DNA from: a virus
Lineage: Duplodnaviria > Caudoviricetes
Strand: one strand, 5' to 3'
DNA: 64,000 nucleotides
Virus record (IMG/VR): IMGVR_UViG_3300031760_000018
Location: 1 to 64,000 of that record
Below the pieces are notes generated by a model. It saw nothing but the letters and a program-made list of their open reading frames with translations. It was not told the DNA's origin and did not search any database. Positions 53,401-63,629 of this stretch are shown here, piece after piece. The translations under genes were made by a program, and so were the position numbers. Each line of letters opens with the position of its first letter. Position 1 is the first letter of the stretch.

Positions 53401-56400
53401 GCCTGGAGCAAGAGGAGCTTTTCCTGTATCAGTTACAGTATATCCTTCGACATTCAATTTTGCTATTTTCCCTTTTAAAGAACCATATCCTTCAATATTA
53501 TACCCATTAGCAGAGTTTAAAATCGCAGCTTCTGTTTGTCGATAACTCTGACCAATCTAATTTGCATTATACTATAATTTTGCATCTACAGCAGACTATA
53601 TACTTGCTGCTAACTAATCGTAAGAACCACTTAATAAATATACTTTTGAACTTTCATCTTCTAAAGCAGATAAAATTGAATCTACTGCTCCAGTATAATC
53701 CGCAGTAATTTCCCCTGTTTTTTTACGTTCTTCATTTGCTTTTTTAAATGCGGCATAACTTTCATTAATTGAATCAGTTTCCTATTTAATAGACTATACT
53801 TCTTCAGCTTTATTTTTAGCTATTTTTTGCTATAATTCAGAAGATTCCTTTAATTTTTGTTCAGCTTTTTCAGTTGCGGCAATTGAATAAGCTGCAACTC
53901 CAGCTAAAGCTATCATTATTAAAGAAATCCAACCAAAAGCAGCTTGAATACTAAAACCAGCAGTTGTACCTGCCGCCTAAATCGCTTTAAATGCCTATAC
54001 TCCTAATGTAGCTACTGGTACAATAGCCATTCCAATACTCGTAATTTTAGAACTTAAATCCATTTTATCAAAATTCTTTACTATATTTGACATTCTCTAA
54101 AATAACATTACACTTTGCATCATAGATTTAGCCATAAGCTAAAAATTCTAACTACTATTAGAAGAATTATCTTTAATATTATTTAATCTTTTATCAAAAT
54201 CTTGTAATCCAACATTTACAGTAATAGTTGCCTACCCTAATTCTTGAGCATGTTGAGCAATATTACTAAAAACCGCTGATAAAGTGTCACTTCCGCTAGA
54301 CCCTATAATTCTTTCTTGAGCTTGCGAATATCCTTGTAATGATTGCACAATTCCATCAACTGCATTAACATCTTTTTCGGCAACCGTATGATTCGCCGCA
54401 AATTCAGCATTTAAAGTTCGAATTTGTGCAGCTTGCTATCCAAAATCTGCTGCATCTAAATGATTTGCAAATATATCCATTGCTTTAGTCGCCGCAGAAG
54501 TATCGTCAACAGTACTCCCTAAAGCGTGCTATAAAGCTGCAAGTGCGTCATTTCCACTACCTAATGCAGTATTTAAAGTTTGGACACTACGAGTATATCC
54601 TTCTGCAGTTCCATCCTATAAACGAAAAACATCCTAAACAGTATAAGATTCAGTTTTTTGAATATCATTGCCTTTTCGATCAGTAAATGTTACCGGAATT
54701 TGTAAGGTATCATTTTGCTAAACAGATGTATTTAATCTATCTAACATAGTTTTTCCTTCCATTTTTGTCGTTTCTAATAATTTTTCTCCTTGAGTAGAAG
54801 CTTTTTCCATGGCATGAGTTATATCTCCATACGCTGTTTTCTACTCTTGTAAATTTTGTAACATTTCTCCTTGCGACTATAATTGAGTTTGAGCATAATC
54901 AATTTCTCTTTGACTCATATGAGAACTATTTTTTATTAAAGACTATCTTTTTTCAATTAATTTATTGCTTCGATCTAAAACTTCATTTTGTAAAGTTGCA
55001 TAAGAATCTTTACTATCTTGAGACCAAATTTGTTCACGAATATCTCCTCCGATAAATTCTCGAGCACGCTCATTTCCTGCTTTTAAATCTTTTAAATTTT
55101 GTTCATATTGTTGCATTTCTGTAGATGTAATAGAAGCAAAACTACCTAAAAGTCCTTTTCCTCCAACTATGCCTTCTTTAAATTGAATGGTTTTATTAAT
55201 TAATGAATCAAAACCTGCACCAATTTCTCCAGAAAATTTAGATACAAATAAAGATGAAACTGTTGTAACAATACCAGATAATCCACCTAATGAATCTGTT
55301 AAAGTTGTAATTCCATTGGTTAAAGTAGTTAAACCTTCTGTCCAGGCTTTTAATGCCTAATCATCAATTAAAGAACTATATAATTCTTCTTTTGCTGCCT
55401 AAAAACGCTTTTTTGAAGCTTCTAAACCTTTTTCATATTGTCCAAATTGTTTATCTAAAGTTCCCTGAGAAGATTCTGCTGTTTTTAAATTCTATTCATA
55501 TTTATCTGCGTTTGACATTAAAGCCATAATAGTTGTATACTGTCTTGCGCCACCAATTAACTAAGCAGTTGCATTCTATTGAGCAGTAGATAAAGTTTTC
55601 CATTTACCCATCAATTCTGTTATTACAGAACCCATATTGCGCAATTCACCTTGGGCATCTAAAACATTAATTCCAATAGATTTTAATCCAGCAGAATATT
55701 TATTTAAATCCACTCCATCTTCTAATGTTTTACCTAATTTTAAACCTCCAATACGACTTAAAATAGTCTACATAGAAGTACCAATAGATTCTGCAGACTA
55801 ACGAGTAGTAGAAGATACGGTTGCAATCATAGCAGACATTTGTTCTACATTAACTCCAACAACATTAGCTGTAGCCGCAACTTTTTCCATTGCTGTCATA
55901 ATTTCTTCTGAAGAAGTTGCAGTACTTTCACCCAATGCTGCCATAACATCAACATAACGTTGTAATTCTGATTCGCCTACATTATATGAATTCCAAACCG
56001 CAGTTAGCATTTGAGACATCTCTTTCGCACTAGCACTAAATGCAGTCGCCGCAGCTTTTGTAGTAATTTCTGCTTTTTTTGCTGCTTGTTCAGCAGTATT
56101 GCCCTATTGATAATAAATTAAAGAAGCATCTGCATAAGCTTTTGTTGTAGTAGATAAAGACTATGCTGCTTTATTTGCTTGTTCAGCAAATTTTGCCATC
56201 TCTGCAGTAGACTATCCAGTAACAACTGAAATATTAGTTAATGTTTTATTTAAATTTTCAACGTAAGAAACCGCTCCCTACATTGTACCCTAAATACCAT
56301 GAACTAACTAAGAAGATAATTGCCATTTAACGGTATTTTTTAAAGTTGTTAAAGCAGAAGCTAAAGTACCATTTAATTTTTTAATTGGCGCGTCTGCTGT

Positions 56401-56742
56401 AGCTATAGAAGTAGATAATTTAGAAAACGCAGCTGCACCAGTATTACCTGCTAATAATAACTAATTAGTTAAATCAGTTAAAGATTGTTTAGACTATTTT
56501 AAACTGGCATTAAATGCAGACATATCTAATTTACCAGAAGTAGGATTAGTGGCTTTAGATAAATGATTAGAAATTTCTTTTGCTGCATTTGCTGCAGCTA
56601 CCAAATCTCTATTTAATCCTTCTCCAAATAAACCTTGCTATTGAACAGTTTTTAAACTATTCTATAATTCTGCGATTGCAGCTTTTGCCTAACTAGTATC
56701 AGCTGTTACGCCGATATTATACTATCTGGAAGCGCCAGCCAT
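41458..56742 (-). CDS. Tail tape measure protein, ~5094 aa, with two internal Hint domains (TAG=Gln)
   Basis: GAAAGGAG, then ATG at 56742. Fifteen ORF-track pieces share this frame and spot-checked gaps contain only TAG. The N-terminus has TP901-type TMP motifs: 'LTNISVVTG..EMAKFAEQANKAA..LSTTTKAYADASLIYYQ(Q)G' and 'AESIGTS..TILSRI'. A hydrophobic stretch 'FGWISLIMIALAGVAAYSI' lies near 53900. The body is Ala/Gln/Glu-rich and helical, and the C-terminus has 'GGLADFTGPAWLDG..KPEYILNA'. Confidence 0.88.
44662..45072 (-). other. Hint (intein-like) domain 2 in the TMP, 137 aa
   Basis: It starts CFAAGTLI and has block B 'VTGIHRF' (TxxH), block F 'VFNFEVSNNHNYYV' and block G 'ILAHN'. It is followed by KGGG. 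Confidence 0.92.
45094..45504 (-). other. Hint (intein-like) domain 1 in the TMP, 137 aa
   Basis: It starts CFVAGTLV after GGGGG and has 'VTGIHRF', 'VYNFEVLNNHNYYV' and 'ILAHN'. It is followed by KGGGGGG and contains four in-frame TAGs. Confidence 0.92.
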
Positions 56743-56764
56743 ATACATAACTCCTTTCTCTCAT

Positions 56765-56797
56765 AAAAAAACAACCTGCTTTAGCAGGTTGTTTTTT
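56765..56797. terminator. Bidirectional terminator-like hairpin immediately upstream of the TMP gene
   Basis: AAAAAACAACCTGCT-tt-AGCAGGTTGTTTTTT, which leaves a T-tract on both strands. Confidence 0.75.
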
Positions 56798-57320
56798 ATC
56801 CCATTTTATCAAGAACTTCTTTTACCATCCCAATTTTATCTGGTTGGTCTAAAGTCGCCATTATTTCTTCAACATTTAATTTAGTTGCATCATAATCTTG
56901 AGTAATAGTTTTCATCATTCCTACAAATGAAGTATTATATTGTTCAATATGCGCAACACATCCATAAACAAAATGTTGTAACTCATCATATTCTGCAACT
57001 GGTAAAGCTCGTTTTATAGTATCAATAACATTATTCATTACTAAACTATCATAAGTCTTTCCTGCATTTTCAAACATTTTTTCAGTAATATTTATATTAG
57101 TATAACAACGGATTAATTCTAATCCAAAATAAATATTAATGCGTACAGGACTCGCCATACCACTATCATCAAATGATGCCGCTAAAATCCGTTCAATCAT
57201 TTTAGCTTTATCATCTATAGGTAAATATTGTTTTACACTAACCTATTCATTTCCTATTGTAATAATCTTATCTTCTAAAGATTTAATAGGAGTAATCTTA
57301 CTAAAAGCAAGTTTAGCCAT
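56796..57320 (-). CDS. Hypothetical protein, probable tail assembly chaperone, 174 aa
   Basis: AAAGGAG, then ATG at 57320. One TAG at codon 26 joins it to ORF 56796-57200. It lies immediately before the TMP. Confidence 0.7.
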
Positions 57321-57353
57321 AATCAAATCTCCTTTTTCACCTAAGTTAATATA

Positions 57354-57382
57354 ATTGTACCAGAAAAAAAATAATTTGTCAA
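57354..57382 (-). promoter_or_regulatory. Sigma70/SigA-type promoter
   Basis: TTGACA (57382-57377), a 17-nt spacer ending in TGG, then TACAAT (57359-57354). This is a consensus -35 with an extended -10. Confidence 0.8.
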
Positions 57383-57387
57383 ATTTA

Positions 57388-58701
57388 TTACCCCAATTCT
57401 GCTAGTAATTCATCTGCAGTGCGTTCTAAATAATCTATTATTTGTTTATTACCCTAAGCAATTTTTGCTTTTGCTATATCGGCTTCTAAATACTAATCAA
57501 TATATTCTTTTATTTGAGATTGATCTTCAATAGATACTCGCAATGTATCTAAAAGCCCATTAGCTAAATTATAAACTGACTATAAACTAGCAATATCAAC
57601 CTATTGATTTCGACCAAGCATACTTTTAACCTATGTTTGATTAACATCGCCTTGTGCCCACCATATAGCTTTACCTAAAGATTGCCCAAAAATGCCATGC
57701 AATTCTTCCATTGTAGAAGCTGCGTTAGGATCCTAACTAGTGGCCTATATAACTCTTTCTAAAGATTCCATAATATGACCTCTATTATAGCTTAATGCAA
57801 TATTGTACGTATTTCCTTTTTTACTTAATTGAGTAGACTTAATTTTAGGCATTGGCCCAGTACCTTTATAAAAATCCATAATCATATTATCTATATTAGG
57901 AGTTGTGAATAATGTTCCTAAATCAATAGCACGTGTTTCTAAATGTGTTTGGAATAATTTCCGTAATTGTTGTACTTGATTTTCTCGTTCTTGTCCTAAT
58001 TTTTGTTTATGCCGTATTTCTTCTAATTGATTTAATTTTTCTAGTAATCTTTGTAACTATTCTGCTCGTTCTTTCATACGATTTAACGCATCTTGTGATA
58101 ACATGCCTATCTAATCTTTATAATTTTGTAAATTAAAATTTTCATCTTGAACACCAATTTGTTTAACAATACCTTTAGTAAATCTTAAATTTACCATCTA
58201 TCCCCCTCTGGTAGTTTTCACCAATCTACTTTCATTTCCAGATAATTGCCCCCAAGCTTCCAAATCAGCTTGACTAACTATAGAACGAATAATTGTAGAT
58301 TGATTTCCATCTCCAGTAGTTAAAAATACTGCATAATCTAATGTTTCTGAATCTGGAGCTAACGCTCCTAAAATATTATGCTCTAAAAAAAATAATCTCT
58401 ATGTTAATGATTCTATACTACTTTTCATAGAAGCTTGTTCTACTTGTGTAGATAACTAATACATTATAGATTGATTATCTATTAAATGTTCAAAAGCAGC
58501 TTGATCGCCACCTGCCGCAAATTTATGTCTATTATCTAATTTAAGATAAACAGATTTAATTTCTGCAACCAATGACTATAAATCAGAATAATATCCCTAT
58601 AGTTGTGGTAATTTTTTAGAGGATAATGACTAAAATAATTGCTAAGCAACTTCTGGTTTTAACTCTCGTAAAAATGCACTAATATCAATGCCTAAATCCA
58701 T
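57388..58701 (-). CDS. Hypothetical protein, 437 aa, with a possible PD-(D/E)xK nuclease-like C-terminal region (absent from the ORF track)
   Basis: I translated it codon by codon. It is open from ATG 58701 to TAA 57388 with 16 TAGs and no TAA or TGA. It contains 'YNRGHIMESLER...WWAQGDVNQT(Q)VKS'. Confidence 0.75.
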
Positions 58702-58720
58702 TTGTCATCACATCCATAAC

Positions 58721-58756
58721 AAAAAAAGAGGGGAGATACTTATTCGTATCTCCCCT
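58721..58756 (-). terminator. Intrinsic terminator after the tail tube gene
   Basis: Minus strand reads AGGGGAGATAC-gaataa-GTATCTCCCCT, then C and T7. Confidence 0.88.
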
Positions 58757-58772
58757 ATTGTCATAACCAAAA

Positions 58773-59810
58773 TCAGCCTTCGTTGCCACCACGAACAACA
58801 GCACCGAACAAGTCCTTGTCCTCAACAATCTGAAGAGCGGCAATAACTTTCTTGGTCTTATCAAACTTAGTGTAATCTGGGAAAGCGTCCATTGTGAAGG
58901 TGAAGGTAGAAGGATCACCAGTAGGAGCCATAGTGAAGGTAAAGTTAGACTGTACCTTGCAATTAGGAATAATGAACTCTGCAGGATAATCTTCACCAGT
59001 AGCCTGATCACGGAACAAGGTAGAAGCCTCAAGATAGTAAGATCCACCAAACTTAGAAGCCTCAATATCAATCTGCTTTGCGCCAGAAGTTGCTTCTACA
59101 TAATAGTCAACATATACAACAGAACCCTGATCGTCAGAATCTGCGGCACCAGTCAAATATACACCATTAGTACCAGTGAAAGCATTCTTCTCAGCTTCAG
59201 TTGCAACTCCAGTAGGAGCTTCAACAGCAGTAAGAACCTGAGCAGCAATCAACTCTGCGTGACGTACATCACTATTATACTCAGTTGCCCAAGCAGCAAA
59301 AGCACCATTATCTCCACCAAGAGCGAGTTTAAGATCATCGCTAAGGTTACCAATAACGGCAGTAGGCATCTTCATAGGAAGCTGGTTAACATCAATAGAA
59401 CCATCTTCAGTCATAAGCATAATATACATTTCACCTTTGGTAGAAGGCTTCTTAGAAAGAGTAATAGTATCATTCTTTACTTCAACAGTCTCAGTTGTAT
59501 GAACGTAAATAGGAGCGCCTTCTTCTGCATCAATAAATCCAGCACCAGAAAGAATAGAGAAACTCTCTGGACTAATCAAAGCATCTTCCATAGTGAAGGT
59601 AACAGTACGGTCACCTTCCCAAGCAACCAAGCGTGGGTTACCTTTGCCGCCCTGAGCGTAAACAGTGGTAGCCTGACCTTCCAAACTAGAGGTCTTCAAA
59701 GTATCGAAATAAAGAACTGGCATTCCCTTATCAAGATAAAGCTTACCAAAATAACCTGCGGCCTTCTTCTTGAAAACGACGTCGCAAATTTCGCGTACAC
59801 CAAATTTCAT
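58773..59810 (-). CDS. Major tail (tube) protein, 345 aa
   Basis: AGGAGG RBS, TGA stop, no TAG. Motifs 'LKTSSLEGQATTVYAQGGKGNPRLVAWEGDRTVTFTMEDAL' and 'IPNCKVQSNFTFTMAPTGDPSTFTFTMDA'. It lies between the head-completion genes and the TMP. Confidence 0.85.
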   Translation of the reverse strand: MKFGVREICDVVFKKKAAGYFGKLYLDKGMPVLYFDTLKTSSLEGQATTVYAQGGKGNPRLVAWEGDRTVTFTMEDALISPESFSILSGAGFIDAEEGAPIYVHTTETVEVKNDTITLSKKPSTKGEMYIMLMTEDGSIDVNQLPMKMPTAVIGNLSDDLKLALGGDNGAFAAWATEYNSDVRHAELIAAQVLTAVEAPTGVATEAEKNAFTGTNGVYLTGAADSDDQGSVVYVDYYVEATSGAKQIDIEASKFGGSYYLEASTLFRDQATGEDYPAEFIIPNCKVQSNFTFTMAPTGDPSTFTFTMDAFPDYTKFDKTKKVIAALQIVEDKDLFGAVVRGGNEG

Positions 59811-59828
59811 AGGTTATTTCCTCCTTTA

Positions 59829-60581
59829 TTAATGTAGGTCTTTCATCCAATCATCTGGCTTACTATCGGGTTTTCCACCAGCCAAACGAGAACGAATATC
59901 TAAATCCCAACTCATATACAAGCCATAACGTTCAATAAGATCGTATAACTAATATACTGTGAGACTTAAACAATCTTGTAAGCTCATAGATTCAAGCCCA
60001 ATAGTAAGAACCGAAACATAACGAGCTAATATTCCATCCGATTTTTCCCCTCTAAATTGTGCTGCCTTCTAACGCCCCTTCATAATCTTCGCCGCAATTT
60101 CAGCAGCCTTTTTACTACGAGGATTAAATCCAGCATTACTACCACCAGTGGTATTATTAATTGCACCAACTTCTGCAATTACTGATTTAAAAATATCGAA
60201 ATTATCTTCAGTAATAACAAAATGATGTTTGGTTTCTGGATTATTAAAAAACAACATTCCATTAGGGAGAATTTGTAACTAATGATCTGGAATAAGTAAT
60301 GTAAATAAAGAATATAGATTATTTAATTTTACTGACTAATCTGTTCCAGACTACATCAATAATGTCATAAATATCTAAAAATTGTTCATTGCTTCTAAAC
60401 TTGCCTTGCCCTATGGATTAGAAGCTATAATAACATTTTTATCAAAACACAAAAGCTAAAGTGTAGAAAAATATTCTAATTCACCCATATAAGAAATTTC
60501 TTTGACTGTTGGTTGATGAATACTAACTTCTAATTCAGGAATAGGAATATCTATCCCTGAAAATAACATTAATTTATTCAT
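59829..60581 (-). CDS. Conserved morphogenesis protein, 250 aa
   Basis: ATG at 60581 overlaps the upstream TGA. The translation runs MNKLMLFSGIDIPIP..HQPTVKEI...FNPRSKKAAEIAAKIMKGR(Q)...LTVY(Q)LYDLIERY...WMKDLH-TAA. Confidence 0.75.
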
Positions 60582-61114
60582 GATAATGGATCAATTTTAT
60601 CTTCAATACCATGGATACATTTATAAACTAAAGTAATACCCATATATTGGTCATTTAAACAAAATGAAAATCCATCAACAAATAAAGTCTCTCCAATGCC
60701 AGTAAGTTTTTGATTAGAAAACATATTATTTAATTCGCCAGCAATTTTATACGGACGCAACTAAAAATTTCCTAAATTCCAATGGTCAGGATGACATAAA
60801 ACATGCATGGCCATTGTATAATCTAAAAACTAAGGATTAGTGGCATTGGGTTCAAATTCACTAAACATAATAAGAATTACCGTAGGACAATCCTTATCTA
60901 TTACAAGTTTAGGAACGATCTTTATTTTCGTATCAATTAAAGATAACTTCTAATTAGGGGTTAAATTAGCTGCTTTTAAACAATCTTTCTAATCATAATA
61001 TAACATTTTAGCAATACGATCATTACTTAAAATTTTATTTACAATAATAGCACTATCTTTTTCCATTGCTAAAAAGTTAGCTTCTGGTTTAAAAAATTCT
61101 TGTCCAACTTTCAT
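60578..61114 (-). CDS. Putative tail terminator / tail-completion protein, 178 aa
   Basis: AGGAGGG, then ATG at 61114. It joins ORF 60578-60760 through TAGs and contains 'HVLCHPDHW..LRPYKIAGELNNM..LTGIG'. The function is assigned by position. Confidence 0.6.
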
Positions 61115-61126
61115 TTAAACCCCTCC

Positions 61127-62077
61127 TTAGAATAAAGATTCAACTAACACAGTTTTTTCTAATGGCCCGTAATGCAAAATATACGAACCACTAGTCATTG
61201 CAGTCCATGTTACTTCAATTTCATTACCAGTGATTTTGTACTCAAGTACATCATCAATCTCTTTATTCTTTTCAGCAGGCAAAGAAATTGACCACTCATA
61301 TGCGGCCAATGCTAAACGAGGTCTAAATGTATGAGGATCTAGAGGTTTTACAAAAGTATCACCAAGAATAGAATTCTTAGTATCTGGTACTACTGGATTC
61401 GGATCTACAACCTCTATAAGTGATTCATTACCATGACATTCATAGTCTTCTTCAACAGTAATATTAAATACTCCTGGAGTACTTATAAAGTCAGGAGCTT
61501 GAACCATCCAGTATCTATCATCAAATTTAAAACGAGAATATCTCTAAAAAGTTCTTCGATTCTATTCGGTGTCTGCCATATAAATATCAAGAGTTAAGTT
61601 AGGAACGTCTGCAACAATACCTGCTTTCTATACGGTATTAATCTTAGTCTCAACTGGTCCACGAATCGCACACCATTGTCCAAACTTCTCTTTTGTTTCT
61701 GGATCAGTAGCTTCCAAATACTGGCATCTACGGATGTTAGCGCGCAGATAGGCTAATTCAGTATCTTCTCGTTTCAGAATTATCCAATGGCTACCAGTAT
61801 CCCGACCCCATTCAAAAGTGTCACCCGAATGAAAGTCGTACTCCCAATCAACCGAAACAATTTTTTCGTCGTAGTCGAACTTAACCCTATCAGGGTTAAT
61901 TAATGCACGAACCCAATCGGCATCTTCAACTCCGTCTTTTTTAATCCAAGCTGCCTAATATGAATATAACAAGGCACGATGCATTGACCGCTTTCTATCC
62001 AAAACCATTCGGTTATGTTGGCGATCATTATTTGCCGCCAATGCCCGCTTCTTGAATAATTCAAGATTTTCTAGCAT
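61127..62077 (-). CDS. Putative head-closure / neck protein, 316 aa
   Basis: ATG at 62077 is in frame with ORF 61127-61507 through TAGs. It contains 'RALINPDRVKFDYDEKIVSV..GDTFEW..HWII' and ends in TAA. Confidence 0.65.
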
Positions 62078-62372
62078 TTAACACCTTAACGAGCTCGGTA
62101 ACAGAAGTCAACACACTGAATACCGTAGCTCTATATATAGAAAAATTATCGGCCATTTTTAATCCTTCTAATTTAGACAAAATTAAAAGGAGACTTAACT
62201 GATCGCCAAACATCAAGTCTAAGCCTCTAATTTCAACTAATATGGAATCTAATTGCTTACGCCAATCCTCATTATTTTCTCGCATTGGAAGAAGCTTCCA
62301 TATCTAATTCACCAAGCGCCGCAAATCCTTAGCTACTATATGGTCTGAAAAATCTAACTCATAATATTTCAT
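62061..62372 (-). CDS. Hypothetical protein, 103 aa
   Basis: ATG at 62372 overlaps the upstream TGA. One TAG (RLVN(Q)IWKLLPMRE) joins it to ORF 62061-62285. Confidence 0.75.
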
Positions 62373-62953
62373 TCGCTATCTCCATAGATAGGCTCCCAAT
62401 TCAATTCTGAATCATCGCCATCAGTATAAACATTAATATTATAAGTTTCATAAGTATTTCCAGTAATATTACCCTGCGGCCGAGTAGTATCATCAATAGC
62501 AGTTTGATTCAACGTCATCCAGTTAGACATAACAGAACCATCAGTTCTAAATCTACGACGTTTATATAAACGTTGCGCATGAATGTTTTCACGATGATTC
62601 TCAGCTTTAAGATTTAACAACTTAGCTAAATGGTTAGCCTAAGAAGTAAACTTAAAATCTGCGCCAGAATATTTCATTCGAGTAGTTTCAACTGAATTAA
62701 TCTAACGGTCTAACCAGGCCTATTTCATTAATATAGCAAAAATGTTGATCTCTTCTTTTGTGAGATCAACATTATAAGTGCCAGATTCAACATCATAATC
62801 ATAAAGTCGGAATCTTGGAAATTCAAAATAAGGAATGGCATCAAGCAGATACTATTTAGCATCACGAATGGTATCTTCTTCAGTAAGTTCTAAATACATA
62901 TCATCCGTAATCTTACTCAAGAAGGCATCTATGATGGTATCGAATGATGTCAT
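62369..62953 (-). CDS. Putative head-tail adaptor/connector, 194 aa
   Basis: AGGAGGG, then ATG at 62953 (MTSFDTIIDAFLSKITDD). It contains 'YSGADFKFTS(Q)ANHLAKLL', joins ORF 62369-62620 and ends in TGA. Confidence 0.65.
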
Positions 62954-62954
62954 A

Positions 62955-63563
62955 TTACCCCTCCTTAGGCGTTACAACCTTATACTTTGGGGTTTCTCGG
63001 CGGCCACCATTGCTATTGCTCTGCTGAGCTGCAGCTGCCTGTACACGCCGCTGAGTAGCACGCTCAACTTTCATACCACTATTGGTTTCCTGCTCCATCT
63101 CAGCTTGTTCTGCAGCAAGTTCAGCCTTATGCTGAAGTGCCTTAGCAACATCCAATCCAGTCTTATCTTTAATAGCCTGAATCTTACGAGTGTCAGTTAC
63201 AGGAAGATCAACAGCATATTTCTGTACCAAATCAATAACCCCACCAGGTGCAAAGTCAAGACAATCGAGAAGGGCATCTAAGGAGCCATTCTTTAGAAGC
63301 TCAATAACTCCATTGGCATCTAAATAATACTCCGGTTCTACATGAATTGTAGTCTCCTTCACCGTATCAGGGTCATGTATATACAATTCGTCGCGTAAAA
63401 TAGAGAGCCCACCGCTCTTCTGAGCTAGCGCCACCAACTCTGAAGCCATCAGAGTCTTAGTCTCACCGGGTGCGAATTCTCGGCGGACGCCCAAGTCTGG
63501 CACCCTATAAATTACGACGGAACTGCTACGATTAGTAACTTGTACCTTCTTGTTCATGTCCAT
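62955..63563 (-). CDS. Hypothetical protein downstream of the capsid gene, 202 aa
   Basis: AAGGAG, then ATG at 63563 (MDMNKKVQVTNRS). No TAG; TAA stop. Confidence 0.8.
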   Translation of the reverse strand: MDMNKKVQVTNRSSSVVIYRVPDLGVRREFAPGETKTLMASELVALAQKSGGLSILRDELYIHDPDTVKETTIHVEPEYYLDANGVIELLKNGSLDALLDCLDFAPGGVIDLVQKYAVDLPVTDTRKIQAIKDKTGLDVAKALQHKAELAAEQAEMEQETNSGMKVERATQRRVQAAAAQQSNSNGGRRETPKYKVVTPKEG

Positions 63564-63589
63564 ATTCAATTATCTCCTTTTTCTCATAC

Positions 63590-63613
63590 GCGGGCGCGTG
63601 TATGCGCGCCCGC
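63590..63613. promoter_or_regulatory. GC-rich stem-loop after the capsid gene
   Basis: GCGGGCGCG-N6-CGCGCCCGC is a perfect 9-bp all-GC stem in AT-rich DNA. There is no U-tract on the coding strand. Confidence 0.65.
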
Positions 63614-63629
63614 ACAATTTATATATCAA

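Noticed and set aside
56743-56830. Lambda G/GT-type programmed frameshift in the chaperone gene
   Set aside because: There is no clear slippery heptamer before the TAA, and no room for a second ORF before the TMP start.
58685-59071. 128-aa alternative-frame minus-strand ORF overlapping the tail tube 3' end (possible frameshift extension)
   Set aside because: It is Leu/Ser-rich off-frame sequence that crosses the terminator. I saw no convincing slippery site or Ig-like extension.
57388-62953. Contractile tail sheath gene
   Set aside because: No gene between the capsid and the TMP has recognisable sheath motifs. The only candidate by size (437 aa) is TAG-dense and looks nuclease-like.
99-63281. 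Plus-strand ORFs in the track, for example 59259-59837, 62835-63281, 9576-9959 and 3599-3937
   Set aside because: They lie antisense to well-supported minus-strand genes and have no recognisable motifs, so they look like shadow ORFs.
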